Assembly (NCBI RefSeq): GCF_052425735.1
Contig: NC_135759.1
Span: forward strand, 43,834,001-43,898,000
Source: Oculina patagonica
Taxonomy: Eukaryota
Length of the DNA: 64,000 nt
Direction: 5' to 3'
Shown: positions 1-12,600 of the stretch, piece by piece
How positions within the stretch are numbered: position 1 is the first letter of the stretch
Layout of the letters: the number at the start of each line of letters is the position of its first letter
Program-made: the position numbers and the translations under genes
The notes under the pieces: generated by a model
Told to the model about the DNA's origin: nothing
The model's database searches: none
The model's input: only the letters and a program-made list of their open reading frames with translations

Positions 1-874
1 TGCTCGCACCACCTTGCTTTACTCCTAATCATGGTGCCCTTTGTTTTGTGCATTGAAATCTGTTCAAGTTTCAGTTTTACCTCGTAGAATTTTGCTATAG
101 TCTCTTGTGCAGGATTTTCGCTCATTAGCTTGTGGAGTAAGGAGAGTTGTTGCTGTAACAAGGCCTCTTCGTCCTTTCTCTTTTTGGCTTTTTGTTTACA
201 GTAGCATATTGTAAAACTTCTGATTTCCATTTTTAACATGTCCCAATAGAGCCTTTTATCCTCCAAATAGCTGTATTTTTCTTTGAACTCGGGAATTTTT
301 TTATTCAACTCCTCCACAAAACAATGATCATTAAGGAGTGAGTTGTTGAATTTGAAAAAGCCGGGTCCTCTTTTAATGAAATCATTTGATTGGATGGTAA
401 AAGAAACGGCCGAATGATCAGAGAACGAGACCGGAGTAATATCGCATTCTTTCACCTGTGGAAGCAAGTGTTTTGACACCAACCAGTAATCTAGTCTACA
501 CTGAATTGCTGATGAGCTGCGATGCCAGGTGAAATTTGACCCAAGACTCCTTACGAATTGAGTATGCCCAGGGCTTACAACCAGAATTTTACAGTACCTT
601 ATTAGGAAGCCTGTCCATAGACTACATGTACAATATAGGTGGCATTTTGTTAAATGTGTGCAGCAAAAATAAAAACTTTTGAAATGTTATTTATGTGCCT
701 ATAGAAATCATTGCTTACAATGGGTTATCCGACTTCTACAAGCCTGTTCTTTTATTTGAAGGGTTGGGTTGAGGTGAATATTATTTATCTTTTTTAAATT
801 ATAGAGTGTTTGTTCTATTGCATGTACATGTAGATCTCCTCCTGGCTTCACAAAATTTAAATTTAATTTTGGGG

Positions 875-1320
875 GCAACAGAATTTTTGAATTTTTTTTA
901 GGTCCTCAAGGGTGTCAGAAATTCTGTAACAGAATGTATGAATTTTTTAGTGAGCTATTGAGGAGTGTTACAAATTCTCAAAGCTAAAGTTTTTTTTCAG
1001 AATTTCTGAATTTTTTTAGTGAGCTCTTCAGGAGTGTTAAAAATTCTGAAAGCTTAAAATTTTTTCAGAAATTCTGAATTTTTCAGTGAGCTTTTGAGGA
1101 GTGTCAAACATTCTGAAAGTTTAAGTCTTTTTCAGAATTTCTGATTTTTTAATTTGGTGAGGTCTTAAGGAGTCAAAAAATTCAGAATTTCTGAATTTTT
1201 TAGTGAGCTCTTGAGGAGAGTCAAAAATTTTGAAGGCCTAAGTATTTTTCAGAATTTCTGAAAATTTTTAGTGAGCTCTTGAGGGGTGTCAAAAATTCTC
1301 AAAAAGTTATTGAGGTCTTG
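875..1320. repeat. ~60-bp tandem minisatellite (about 7 degenerate units)
   Basis: Recurring unit ttttcagaatttctgaattttttagtgagctcttgaggagtgtcaaaaattctgaaagc. Confidence 0.85.
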
Positions 1321-2343
1321 AGAGGTACAAAAGGTAACGTAGCGATTTGTCGGAATAGGGAAAAAGTTATGTCTTAAAACCCTGTACTTGACGGAATGAC
1401 AATTTTCCTCAGTGCAATAAGGCCATATCGTTCGGAATAACAAATTATTTCAGCAGGTTATGGTAACTTTGAGCGGAATTTTTCTAAATTGGAACGCCAC
1501 ATTTTAGTTTGGAACGCGTTAAACAACAATTCAAGTCACCTCCTATTATAATATTTTCATCAGCATATTTCCGTAGGCGTAACTTTAAAGTTTCAAAAAA
1601 TTCTAATTGCATTTTCGGGTCGTTTGGAGCGTAAACATTGATAAAAATAAATCTGGATTCGTCGATTTTAGCGCGCAAAATAATTAGTCTACCTTTCTGA
1701 TCGATTTCATAATTTTCTACTTCAACATCGAGGGATGGATTGAACAAGACAAGAGTACCGCTACTGTGTTTGGTTCCATGGGAATACACCACCTTACCGC
1801 CCCATTCGGCGGACCATATTCTTTCTATATCTGGCGAACTATAAACCTCTTGGAGGAAGACTACTTGGAACTTTCGCCCATGTATCCATCGAAAAACTTG
1901 CCTCCTTTTGTGAGGATTGTTTAATCCTCTGACATTTAACGTGATGCAGGATAAACTTAATGCCATGAGCAAAGAAAAGCGAAAATATATAAGCTTGTAT
2001 ACATACCTGCACTTCTACTTTGTGCTGATGAGCGAACGACCTTTCTCAAGAAAGTAGAGTCCAAGCGTGTAGTCCGTTGAGCATTGACAGATACGACTTT
2101 AACAGTATTAGATAACATATATATAAACACATATAGAAGTACAAACACATGCATACACACACACATAAGCTAACTAAAGAGCCCTTAGCGGCTCACACGT
2201 AAGATAACTTTAGCTCGATTGGTACTTCGAACTGAGAGTAACTTTGCGAAGCGACCCCGAAAGGTGACGAGCAAAAAAGGAAATATAGTTACATCTTACA
2301 TTGTTGACTTTGGAGCCGACTGTTCTTATAGAATAATGTCAAA

Positions 2344-3147
2344 TTATGGCCTATATAGTTGTCCGTTGATGTATAGCTTATCATACACTAAGCTTGCGTC
2401 ATGTCCCTTCTTCTTCGCGTCCTTTAGTACAGCTACTAGCGGCTTTCTTTTGTCCACAATTTCTTTAGGGAAATCGCGAGCAATTGCAAAGCTTGTCCCA
2501 CGAAGATTCTTCGCCCGTGCTAGCACGAATTCTTTCTCCTTATGATACGTAAACCTGGCGATTAAAGGTCTCGGTTTTGAATCAGCCGTGGAAGTTGCTC
2601 TTCCGATCCGGTGTACACGCTCGAACGATATTTCCTTTGCGTCTTCTTTGCTTAATATTAATTCCGTTTGCATGAACTTCCTTAGAATTTTCTCAGATGC
2701 TTGAAAGGTTTCATTTTTTTCCTCGGGTATGTTAAAGAAGTTCAGGTTGTTTCGACGACTGTGACTTTCCAGTTTGATTGATCTTTGCTTTTCTTCGTTT
2801 GCCTGCTTGGTCAGCGACTTCACACCTTCCTGAAGCTTCTTTATTGTTTTATCTTGTTCCACTACCTTTTTATTCAACTCCTTGATTGAGGTGTGCGCGA
2901 ACTCTAAGCTGTTTTCCAATTCCTTGTTCTTCTCTTCGAGGCAGTTCTGCTTTTGCTTCAAGCCTTCGATTTCTTGGATGCAACTTAACGCTCTATCGAG
3001 CTTCTCTTTGATTTCGGTGAGCGAATCCGCCATGTTGTGGTAGGAACTGTCACAACATTCGTCGCATCCGGTTTGGGAGCCTCTGCTTTTTCGTCTTCTT
3101 TTTCGGCTTGTAGAGTCTTCCTTGGTTGCCGCTTCGTCTTCCGACAT
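2344..3147 (-). CDS. LINE (L1/Tx1-like) ORF1p, coiled coil + RRM-like
   Basis: Intact 267-aa ORF with a heptad-rich N-terminal half, then RRNNLNFFNIPE...ERVHRIG...PRPLIARF motifs typical of L1-type ORF1; directly upstream of an APE endonuclease ORF on the same strand. Confidence 0.9.
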   Translation of the reverse strand: MSEDEAATKEDSTSRKRRRKSRGSQTGCDECCDSSYHNMADSLTEIKEKLDRALSCIQEIEGLKQKQNCLEEKNKELENSLEFAHTSIKELNKKVVEQDKTIKKLQEGVKSLTKQANEEKQRSIKLESHSRRNNLNFFNIPEEKNETFQASEKILRKFMQTELILSKEDAKEISFERVHRIGRATSTADSKPRPLIARFTYHKEKEFVLARAKNLRGTSFAIARDFPKEIVDKRKPLVAVLKDAKKKGHDASLVYDKLYINGQLYRP

Positions 3148-3649
3148 CTTGCTCGGCTTTTGGGGTCTTCGTTGAACAAATTACATGATTCAACGGCGGA
3201 GCGCTAGTTCGCGCGTCCGATCTCTTCGAAGTCAGACCCAGTCTCTAAAAATAAAATAAATTATCAAGAAGCCTGGAAAGTCTGATGACAGGTTACCTGT
3301 ACACTCTGTGTATGACCTAAACAAACCCATCAAAATTCTGGTTGGCTCCAACTACTCAGAATTTCAGGAAGGATTTCAAATATGAAGAGTTGATGGTCTA
3401 CTATATTTCTCAGGTCTCCTCCCAACCCCACTTTAACTTTTCCCAATTAACACAGATTCTTTTCAGGGGCTGAGTCTCCAATTACAGGTAACTCTTTGAT
3501 CATGCTAGAATGTGTAATGTTTTGCAGACTATATTGTGTAAATGCCATTTCCATCAGAACAACATGCTCTAACATCTGAAGCGGCACACTTGGGGGCGTA
3601 ATTAGGATCATTGTACAGTAAATGTAATTTAATTAGTATTTTTTTATAG

Positions 3650-6600
3650 GGATATTATAAGGAAGAAGGCAGTTATGGCATTGCACAGTTTTTACATGAA
3701 AAATCCATCAGCTATTCCAGATGTGAAAAAGCTTGCAAAAACAGCTGCTTGTGATAACGATCCTGGTGTTGTGTCATCATCACTGCAATTCTTCTATGAA
3801 TTGATGAAGGTAAATGTATAATAGTTTATAGTACAAAAGGTACATGTACATGATTGTGTCATGAATCTCTAAAATAAATTTAAGTGTCACTGAGATAATC
3901 AGTCAGAGTAGATTTACTACAGACACACACTCCTGTTATTTCTTTGTAACCCTACACAAAACCTTGATGGCTACAACTATTAGCCTCCAGTCCTGAACAC
4001 CATAAGTGAGATAGAAATACGTAGTTGAGGCCCCTTAACAAGACAAGCTTCCTGACTGCTTTCATGTGGTAACTAGTCCTCCCCTCCTCTTCCCAACCCA
4101 GATTATCCTGAAAGCCTTCATAAATCAGTTATGTATTATATAGTTTGATTGGGTTCAAAGATACATTGACACTTTTATTCTGCAAAATTACGTAATCTCA
4201 ATGTAAATCAGAACTCCAGATAAATGAAAATATGACAATATATAAAAAAAGAAAACACAAATTAAATTAGTTATTTGGGATCATAGATGTACAGTAAAGC
4301 TGTATTTTTACAGGCTTAATACAGGTAAATTGTACAATGTACTTTGCTTTCAGTTGGCCATATTTGCATAATGAAAGCAGTGTCACCAACATTTTTATAC
4401 CAACAGGTGGACCCTGCTAAATACAAGGATCTATTGAGTGGGTTTGTCAACCTGCAGAAGACGATACTGGAAGGCAAAATGGCAAAGGACTATGATTATC
4501 ATGGGGTAGCAGCACCCTGGATACAGATGAAGATTCTAAGAATGTTAGCATTACTTGGAGCAGATGATCAAAAGTTAGTGACGAGGGAAAGCGGCAGGGG
4601 AAAGGAATAAAGACACTGCCTTTTAGGCTGTTTAGATTTCTTTTAACCTTCACTTCAACCACAGGTTCTACTCTCTCTAAACATGATCAAGGTCTGAAAT
4701 CAAGTCCAATGTATGACTTTGCAGCACAAAATTAATATACATTGTGTAGAAAACAACAAAAGGCAGGAAAACTTCCATTTACACAAGTTGTCTCACAATC
4801 TACTAGCTTCCTATGCAAATGTTCTGACGAGCCAAAAGAATGTCTGCGTAGAAGGCTAACAATCTACCAGTAGTGTATCAGCTCTTGTAAGCTCATGATT
4901 CTACTTTTCCTTGAAGGGTAGCAAGCCATTTATTTGAGATCTTAAGAGAGCTGCTACTTGAATCCAATCCATCTTGTACAGATGTTAAGCTTAGTATTAC
5001 TACAATGCATGATAAACCTTTTTTCCTGTTTTCAGATCAAGCAAGAAAATTTACTCAGTACTTGGGACGACCTTGTCAAAGCTAAACACCAACTCTCTTA
5101 TTAGTTATGGTTAGCATGTAACATGTGCATTAAATTAAATAGCATGTTCATTAATTTTAATTTAGTACTGTGCCAATTCAATCAGTTTTAAACATCAATC
5201 TACCCTACATTAGTGACTGTCCTCTGCATGGGGTATTTTACACTGAAGGGCCAGGGTGGGCAATTTGCATATTAAAGCTCATTTCATTTTGTGTGCTGCA
5301 TGGTTTCTATGAGATTTTCCACGTAGAAGGCATGTAATGCTACAGCAGCAATTTGGAGATTTAGAGTAGAAATGAGTCTTTAAAAGGAGCACAAATTCAT
5401 TTGTTTCTGTGATCGTTATTTTCAGCTGTGGCTTACGAATGTACAAGGACGATAACAAGTATTTATCCTGATAAAGACCTGATTGACAAGGCTGCCAGAT
5501 GTGTGGGCGTGTTCCTTGTGGCCAAAAGTAATGACATCAAATACCTGGGTAAGTGGTACAAGTAATTTTTAACATCACCAATCATTCCCCTAGACTAATT
5601 AGTAAATAAACCCTTTCAGGCGGCTGGTATATTGGAGGATAATGCCCGAGGCTGAAAGATATCCCGAAAAATGAATAGTTGGCTGAGAAGCAAAGTTTCG
5701 AGGGCAACTTGAAATTTTAAAGCTTTATTTCCCTTGATCGCTCTTGACCGTTGGCTTTCTATGTAAGAGGAGAGTCACTTCTCTTACATGTACAATCATG
5801 CAAAGCCAACGGTTGAAAGCGATTCAGTAAAATGACATTTTAAACGATGCAGAAAGACGGATAAACGCCACACATAAGTCGACTAACGTTTCATTTAAAT
5901 TAACTAAGAACTAATATTAAGATTGAGACAAGCCTAAATATGTATTGTTCAGTGCTTTAAATATTCATAACCGTCATAGATTTCTTTTGATTTCTATAAT
6001 TCGTTTTGTGTGTCAACAAATATATGCGAACACAAACATGAAGGGTGGTCTGCCTGTGGACCCCTTTGGCAATTTTTGACAGCCGAGTTTACGGAAACTG
6101 TTGGGAATTGATCAGGAAAAATGTGCTGGAAATAACAAAAGAACAAACAACAGGAATAACGCCCCTAACTGCTAAAACAATAGCAACTGCTGAGGAGCAG
6201 TAAAATTACAAGCTTGTGTTAGCTCTTACACTGCTGGTTTTATCTTACGTTAAACCCGGCGTATCCAATCGAACCCAATCGAACAGCAATCGTTCGATTG
6301 GGTTCGATAATCGAACATAGTCGAACTCACAATAAAATTTAGTCAATCGAACAAAATCGAACGTTCGATTACCGAACAGTCGACAATCGAACAAAATCGA
6401 ACGTTTGATTAACGAACAATCGACAATCGTACTCAGTCGAACGTTCGATTACCGAACTCCTGTTTGTTTATTTTGCGGATATTTTGTACGGTGTACCGTC
6501 CGGTCCGTCCCCATGATTAGTCCTGCGTGATTTACTTATAAAGAGACGTATTTCGAACAAAATCGAATCGGATTTAGTTCGATTGTGTTCGATTGGTTCA

Positions 6601-9600
6601 ATTGGTTCGATTGGTTCGAAAATCGAAACATGTATCGAACTCACAGCAAAATAGATGTTCGATTTTGTTCGATTACCGAACCCAATCGAACAATTAGTGT
6701 TCGACTGGGTTCGATTGATTTTTGGTTCAATTTTGTTCGATTGGATACGCCGGGGTTAAATTGACACAGTTAAGTTTCACTTTCAATATTCCACAGGCAT
6801 AACAACATTAACATCTTTGATCCAAATGGGAGGTGGTTTTGTCATGGAGCCTGCCTACCAACGGATTGTCATTGACTGTCTTAATGATCCAGATGAGACA
6901 CTGAAAAGAAAGGTATGAAGCTGAATTGTACAAAATGTAGTTCGTGTACATGTAGTTGTAGCTGAATACAGAGCGACATATCGCTACAAATGGTTAGATA
7001 TTCTAGTCTTCTCGAATAAGGACGATAAACCGTAGGCCTTATCTCCTTCATCTTCAGTGTTACGTTTAACAGGAGACGTAAAAGAACCCACACACTTTAA
7101 ATATCGGAAAGAGTAGGGCACGGAGTTCCCGGTTTTGTGGCCTGGTCTTTGCCCATTGTGCTGTGTACTGTGAAATGCTCGGCGAAATTGGCTGCATAAG
7201 CTACTCTATACAAATCCGAGAGGGTAAACAAAACTGATGTATGATGTAAGTATGATCGCTCGAACAACACACATCTTGCGAGCTAATTGTTCAAAAATCG
7301 CTTCCATATGTGGTGTTTTTGCAGTGTTGTCATTCGCTTTCGTTTGAAGGCCTTACCATACCTCTTGTTGTCTTTGCTAGTCACACAGTAAATGTAGTAC
7401 ACTATTGAATGAGGTAGAGCAAAATGTTGTAATTTTTCAGTGGCAAGCGGATCAATTCTCTAACTCAGTGTCTTCCTTTCATTTTTTCTGGCTTTGTAAA
7501 GCACTGATTAACATAGTCGGGAATCCATCTTGAGGTGTGCAAAAATATATTTTTGTACACAAATTTGCAGTTGAATGACATTGTTGCTGGCAAATTTTGG
7601 GAGCTTCTTTTGGGATCTATATGTCTGAACCATTTAGACATAAAACTTTCTTATTTACTTCATTCATTTCTCCTCCTGTTTCTAGACGTTGGATCTCTTA
7701 TGCCATATAACAAATGCCGCGAATGTGGAAACAGTTTGTGAGAAGCTGTTATCTTATCTCAAGTCCACAACAGATGCGTATTTTAGAACAGAATTGGTTG
7801 ATAGAATTACTGAGCTTGCTGAAAGATATCCTTTTGTGATACAAAAAATGTAAAATTACAACGTGAACTGAATCTCTAGGTGAACAAGCGAGTGAGCGAG
7901 CGAGCGAACAAACGAAAGGTCGGACGGACGGAAGGATGACAATGTACACACAGTGGAATAGCAGCCTTCATTTTATTTGAATTTAGACATACATGTCGTT
8001 GTACTTTATCAAGTGAACATACAGGGATTTTGCAACAGAAGAAGAGGAAATTGTGGGGTATGCAACTTGAATCGTTGACTATATTATTGCTATGCACGAG
8101 GTTCAGGGCTTACCACCCGGCGGATGCTTGAAGCTTGCTTTTCGGTTAATCGACTGAAAGTTATTAGTTTAACAGTAGTTAATGTCCTTGACACAATTTC
8201 AAATATGCGCCCGACACCTCATGGTATATTCTGACCATCAATGAAGTGTTTGAACTTGGTGGATCACTTGTCAGAGAAGGCGTGGCTCACAACTTGATGA
8301 GACTCTTAGCTGAAGGTGCGTTATGCTTAGCTTTAATTAAGTTATGTGTATGTCAACTTTGTTCAATGCAGTGGTAACTGTTCGTCATTTTTATACCTTA
8401 GCTCACTGAAACTTTGTTTGTGACTTTCACTGTAACAATTTGTCTTACAATGGAATAAATTAACCCCTTGCAATATTCAAGTTTTCATTTTTACGTTTTA
8501 CTGTTAAAATAGCATCCGGAAACTCTGTAAGCCGTTAACAATCGAAAAAATCTTCGGGGCAAATAATTGTAATCGGAGGTTTTCGGGACCGTTAACAATT
8601 AAAAACTCTTTGGATTCGTCTGGCAAGATTTGGGAACAGGCGGGGAAATCTGCTGCTTGAAAAATATAGACGCTGTAAACAGTCTAGTAAGCGATCATCT
8701 TGGATGGACTGACTGCAGTCAGTTAGCGGTGTGCTGAGAATACACACGCTTACATTTGCTGCATTGTAACTCGATGTTCACTGTAGACTCGTGCAATTTC
8801 TGGGGTGGTAAAACTGTATACTGTTGTGCAGTAATATTGTACTTATAATCTCTTCGGCATATCTGTAAGATTGTCTGTCTCATATCCACAGGAAACGATG
8901 ATGAAGAAGCAGACAACGAAACCCGTCGATTCGCTGTGTTGTCCTACATTGACCTTCTTGAAAAACCCGTTTTACCGGATATTCTGGTTTGGGTTATATG
9001 CTGGGTAAGGTGAATTTTGAACTAGGCTACCAGCAATCTAGATAAGAAAAGGAAAAATAAGATGCAAAAGATATCAAGTCACGAGACGTGACGGCAGAAG
9101 GTCTCAAACAAGATGACTAATGGTTGTACCTTTTTTTTTATTTCAACAAAGACCACCTTTTTGCAAAGACTGCAACTACTATTTCATGTAACGCAATATT
9201 TCACCCTCTAGCTGAACGAATTCTAAGTAAAATGTTATATCCTTGGAATCGTGTTTAATAATTTTTTGTAATTTTCTGCGCTTTCAATTTAGCGTAACAG
9301 GGTGCAGTGTTGTTTTGTATTTTCCACTGTGTTAACAGTTCTTAAATTCTGTCTTCTTTGTTTGAAGGTGTTAGGTGAATATTCATACACAGCATCTGAG
9401 TACGAACCTCAATTCATTCTTGAACAACTTTTCTCTTTACTGGAAAGGAAGTTCGAAGGTAAAAACACCACTTTACGTGTTAACAGTTGGCCTGGTTTTG
9501 CGAATTAGGTAACATAATGAGCTATCTTGCGCATGTTTCCTCCTCACTTAGGTCTTACCAGAAGTTATCTTTCAGCCAGGTAGCTCTCTTCCCAAACGGC

Positions 9601-12600
9601 TATACAGCTAATTCGAGAAAGGTTGTTGGAAAACAACACAAAAAAGTGCACGCGACAAGACTGAAAGGTAGTCTGGATAGCAGCAGAGAGCTACTGCACG
9701 TGCTAAATACTAACAAGATGGCGACATGACAAACGCGAAATTGCACGTCTTTTTTTTCTCTTCAGTCACGTGAAACAAGGTACTTTCAGCTACGCTGAAT
9801 TTAAGAAGAATTTTCAAAACTCAAAGTTATGCGACAGTAAAAGTAAAGCTACAGAAACAGGCGTCCTGAGAGAAAAAAAAAATCTTCACGTGCAAAAATT
9901 CAAACTCGTACATTTCCTCTTGTCCGATATGCAAAATTCAAGTGCTTTTTTCCGACAACCTTCCTCGAATTAACTGTATACGTGTTGTTCACAATACGAC
10001 TTTGTTACTGTAGCAGTTTGAATTGATCAAGACTCTGATTCAAGGATAATTATGATCTAGATCCAAGTACCAAAGGCTGGATCATTACTGCAGTTGGAAA
10101 ACTGACGTCACAAATTGGACAGCTGCGTGATGGCACGAGACATGTGTTAGAAAAACACGTGACTGGTGTAGATGTTGAGCTCAGACAGGTTAGCAAAGGG
10201 AGAATTTACCAATCGTTGTCACGCTTCCAGTTTACCTTGTTAGAACGGTTTCAGTAGAGTGTCGAAGGTAATTCGCATTTGCTTTGATTTTGCATAACTA
10301 TGCCCTCTGATTGGTTTAAAAAGTTCCCGCCACTTTCTTAACCAATCAGAAGTAAAACAAAAACCAATCGTGACTCGCTCGCACACGTTTTCCCGCGCTT
10401 CTTGCCGGCTACACGTATTTGCTTCGAGCTTTGATTGGTTCACAGTACTGTCTTTGTCCCTTGTAATTGGCTAGAGTAATTACTTTGCTTTTGATTCTAT
10501 GACACTCATTAGAAAATCGTTTAATATGCTTGTGTTAATTAGTAAAAGAATGTATACATGCCTCTTATTCATTTTCTTTGCTTTATTTACTTTTAGCGTT
10601 GTTCAGAAATTCGGGAACTTTCTCAAAACGCCTTCCTGATGCAAAGTGCACTGCCTGTAGATGGCTGCTGTGAAGATCTGGAGGTGAGAAGAATCCCTGT
10701 TTATTTTTCCTCGTGTTATGATAATTTAAGAGACCTTCACAGCTGTTACTTGGTACTTTACTTGCTCAGCGTTACTTGGGGAGCGTTGCGTGTCGTTGCT
10801 CTTTGAGTGTCACGCGACGCTTCTAAATTACATATCCAATGTAGAATCGCTTGCTTTTTTTGTTATTATTATATTTATTACAAATGCCATGACGTGTAAT
10901 TCACTGCAAACAAATCTACGTTTGTACTTTTGCTTGTTTTATTTGGTCAGGTGGACGAATCATTGTCGTTCTTGGATGATTTAGTATCAGAAGCACTATC
11001 TAATGGAGCTTCTCCATACAGGTCTGCAAGCGAGCGAAATATAGACACAAAGAACAAAGGTTTGTGCTTCGCTAAGAATAGCATACTGATAATATAAAAC
11101 ATTAAATACCTGTTTATTTGAGGTTAATCTCTTAAAATCACTCCGGTGAGCGGAGCCTCCTGTTTTTATTTATTTTTTTGAAGGTGAAAGATTATCCTTA
11201 TTATTAATTATATGCAGTCCTGAGCTGCCGTAAATGATCTAATAAACGCCCACTCTCAATATCTAATAATATCATCTAATAAACAATCAATATCATCTAA
11301 TAAACGCCTCCTCTGACGTGTTAAGTTTGTATTAGACGCCCCTCTCTAATAAACGCCCCGTGTCTAATAGACGCCTCCTAAGAATCGCCTCGAAAACCAA
11401 GGAAACGCTCCAGTAAGTAAAATCGCGCAATTTATTTAGTTTTTGCTTGACTCGGACATCAAAGAGGCCAACGATGCCACCATGGTTGACTCCTATGACG
11501 ATGAAGACATCGATATCGAACTATGAACGGCATCTCTTGGCTTTGCATTAGCGCAGATTAGATAAGTCTCCCATTCGCACTCTGTTTTCTATCTTATGCC
11601 GCGAGCAAAATACGCATTTTTTTTTGTTTTTTTGACGTTGTTGCAGCAAAATAATTATTGTAATAAACGCCTCTCTCTTTAATAGACGCCCCGGGCGTTT
11701 ATTAGGTCATTTACGGTATCCATTTCAAAACTGAGCTTTCCATTTCAGAACAAAAAATAAAAAAAAGTTATCTTTAGTGTCAAAATTTTCCGTTTAAGAA
11801 AAATAACTAAACGTTTTGTGCTAAGCATTTCTTCAGTGGTAAATAAACTTCGTTACCTAGGCCTGGGAAAGTGACGTGAGAAGTTTCTATTCGTTTTCTA
11901 ATGGATTTTTCACACTCCCTCAAATCATTCATGTATGTTGTGCTGGTGTTTGCTTTGCAGAAATTCCAGATTCCCGGCCGAGTCTTAAGTTCACACCTTA
12001 CGAGAATCCGATGAAAAAGCCAAGCAAACCGCTATCAGAATCAACTGTAACAACTGAAGTAAAACAGAAACCAAAGGCTACAAAGACTCTTAAAGAACCT
12101 AAACATGTTGAAACTAACGTAAAAAGCAGAACCCATGCAAAGACCATCGAGGTGTCTCCTTCCAGTAACAAACTCTTTTCTGGACAGGCCGTGTGGGGAC
12201 CTGGGGGCTATGCAAAAGATCGTGCGAGGTCTGGGTCCATGGAGTCTGGTAATAAGTCTGATTCCTCGTCGCGGAGCTCTGGGTCTGACAGGCAAGCAGT
12301 TGTAAAGACGAATGCCGAGGTGGGCCTTTAAAAAAAAAAAAAAAAAAAAAAAACCGTTATACCACAACTTTGATTACTCCTCATGACTAAGTATAAGATG
12401 ATAGCGAAACGCCTAAATGTTACTGACACTGTATATGGTCCGTTAAGCCACTTCAGTATAATCAGTCAAAATAAATGAACACTACAAAAAATAGGAAGTT
12501 AGGAGTCAGACCAATGACCTTCCGCACACTTGGTTAGATGCTCTACCACTCAGCTATAGGAAACTCGTGGGAGCTTGGCTGTATATCTAGGCTCAAATGT

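Larger units (their letters stand above)
1..3245 (-). mobile_element. L1/Tx1-clade non-LTR retrotransposon, 5' part, antisense in an AP4E1 intron; ORF2 interrupted
   Basis: ORF2 from ATG 1966: TLNVRGL, FLQE, NVYAPN, GGDLN (to ~1518). It resumes at ~540: FTW...RLDYWLVS...SDHSAV...GPGFFKFNNSLL...WDMLKMEIR...RSKARW, running off the window start. CpG-rich 5' UTR ~3150-3245. Confidence 0.9.
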
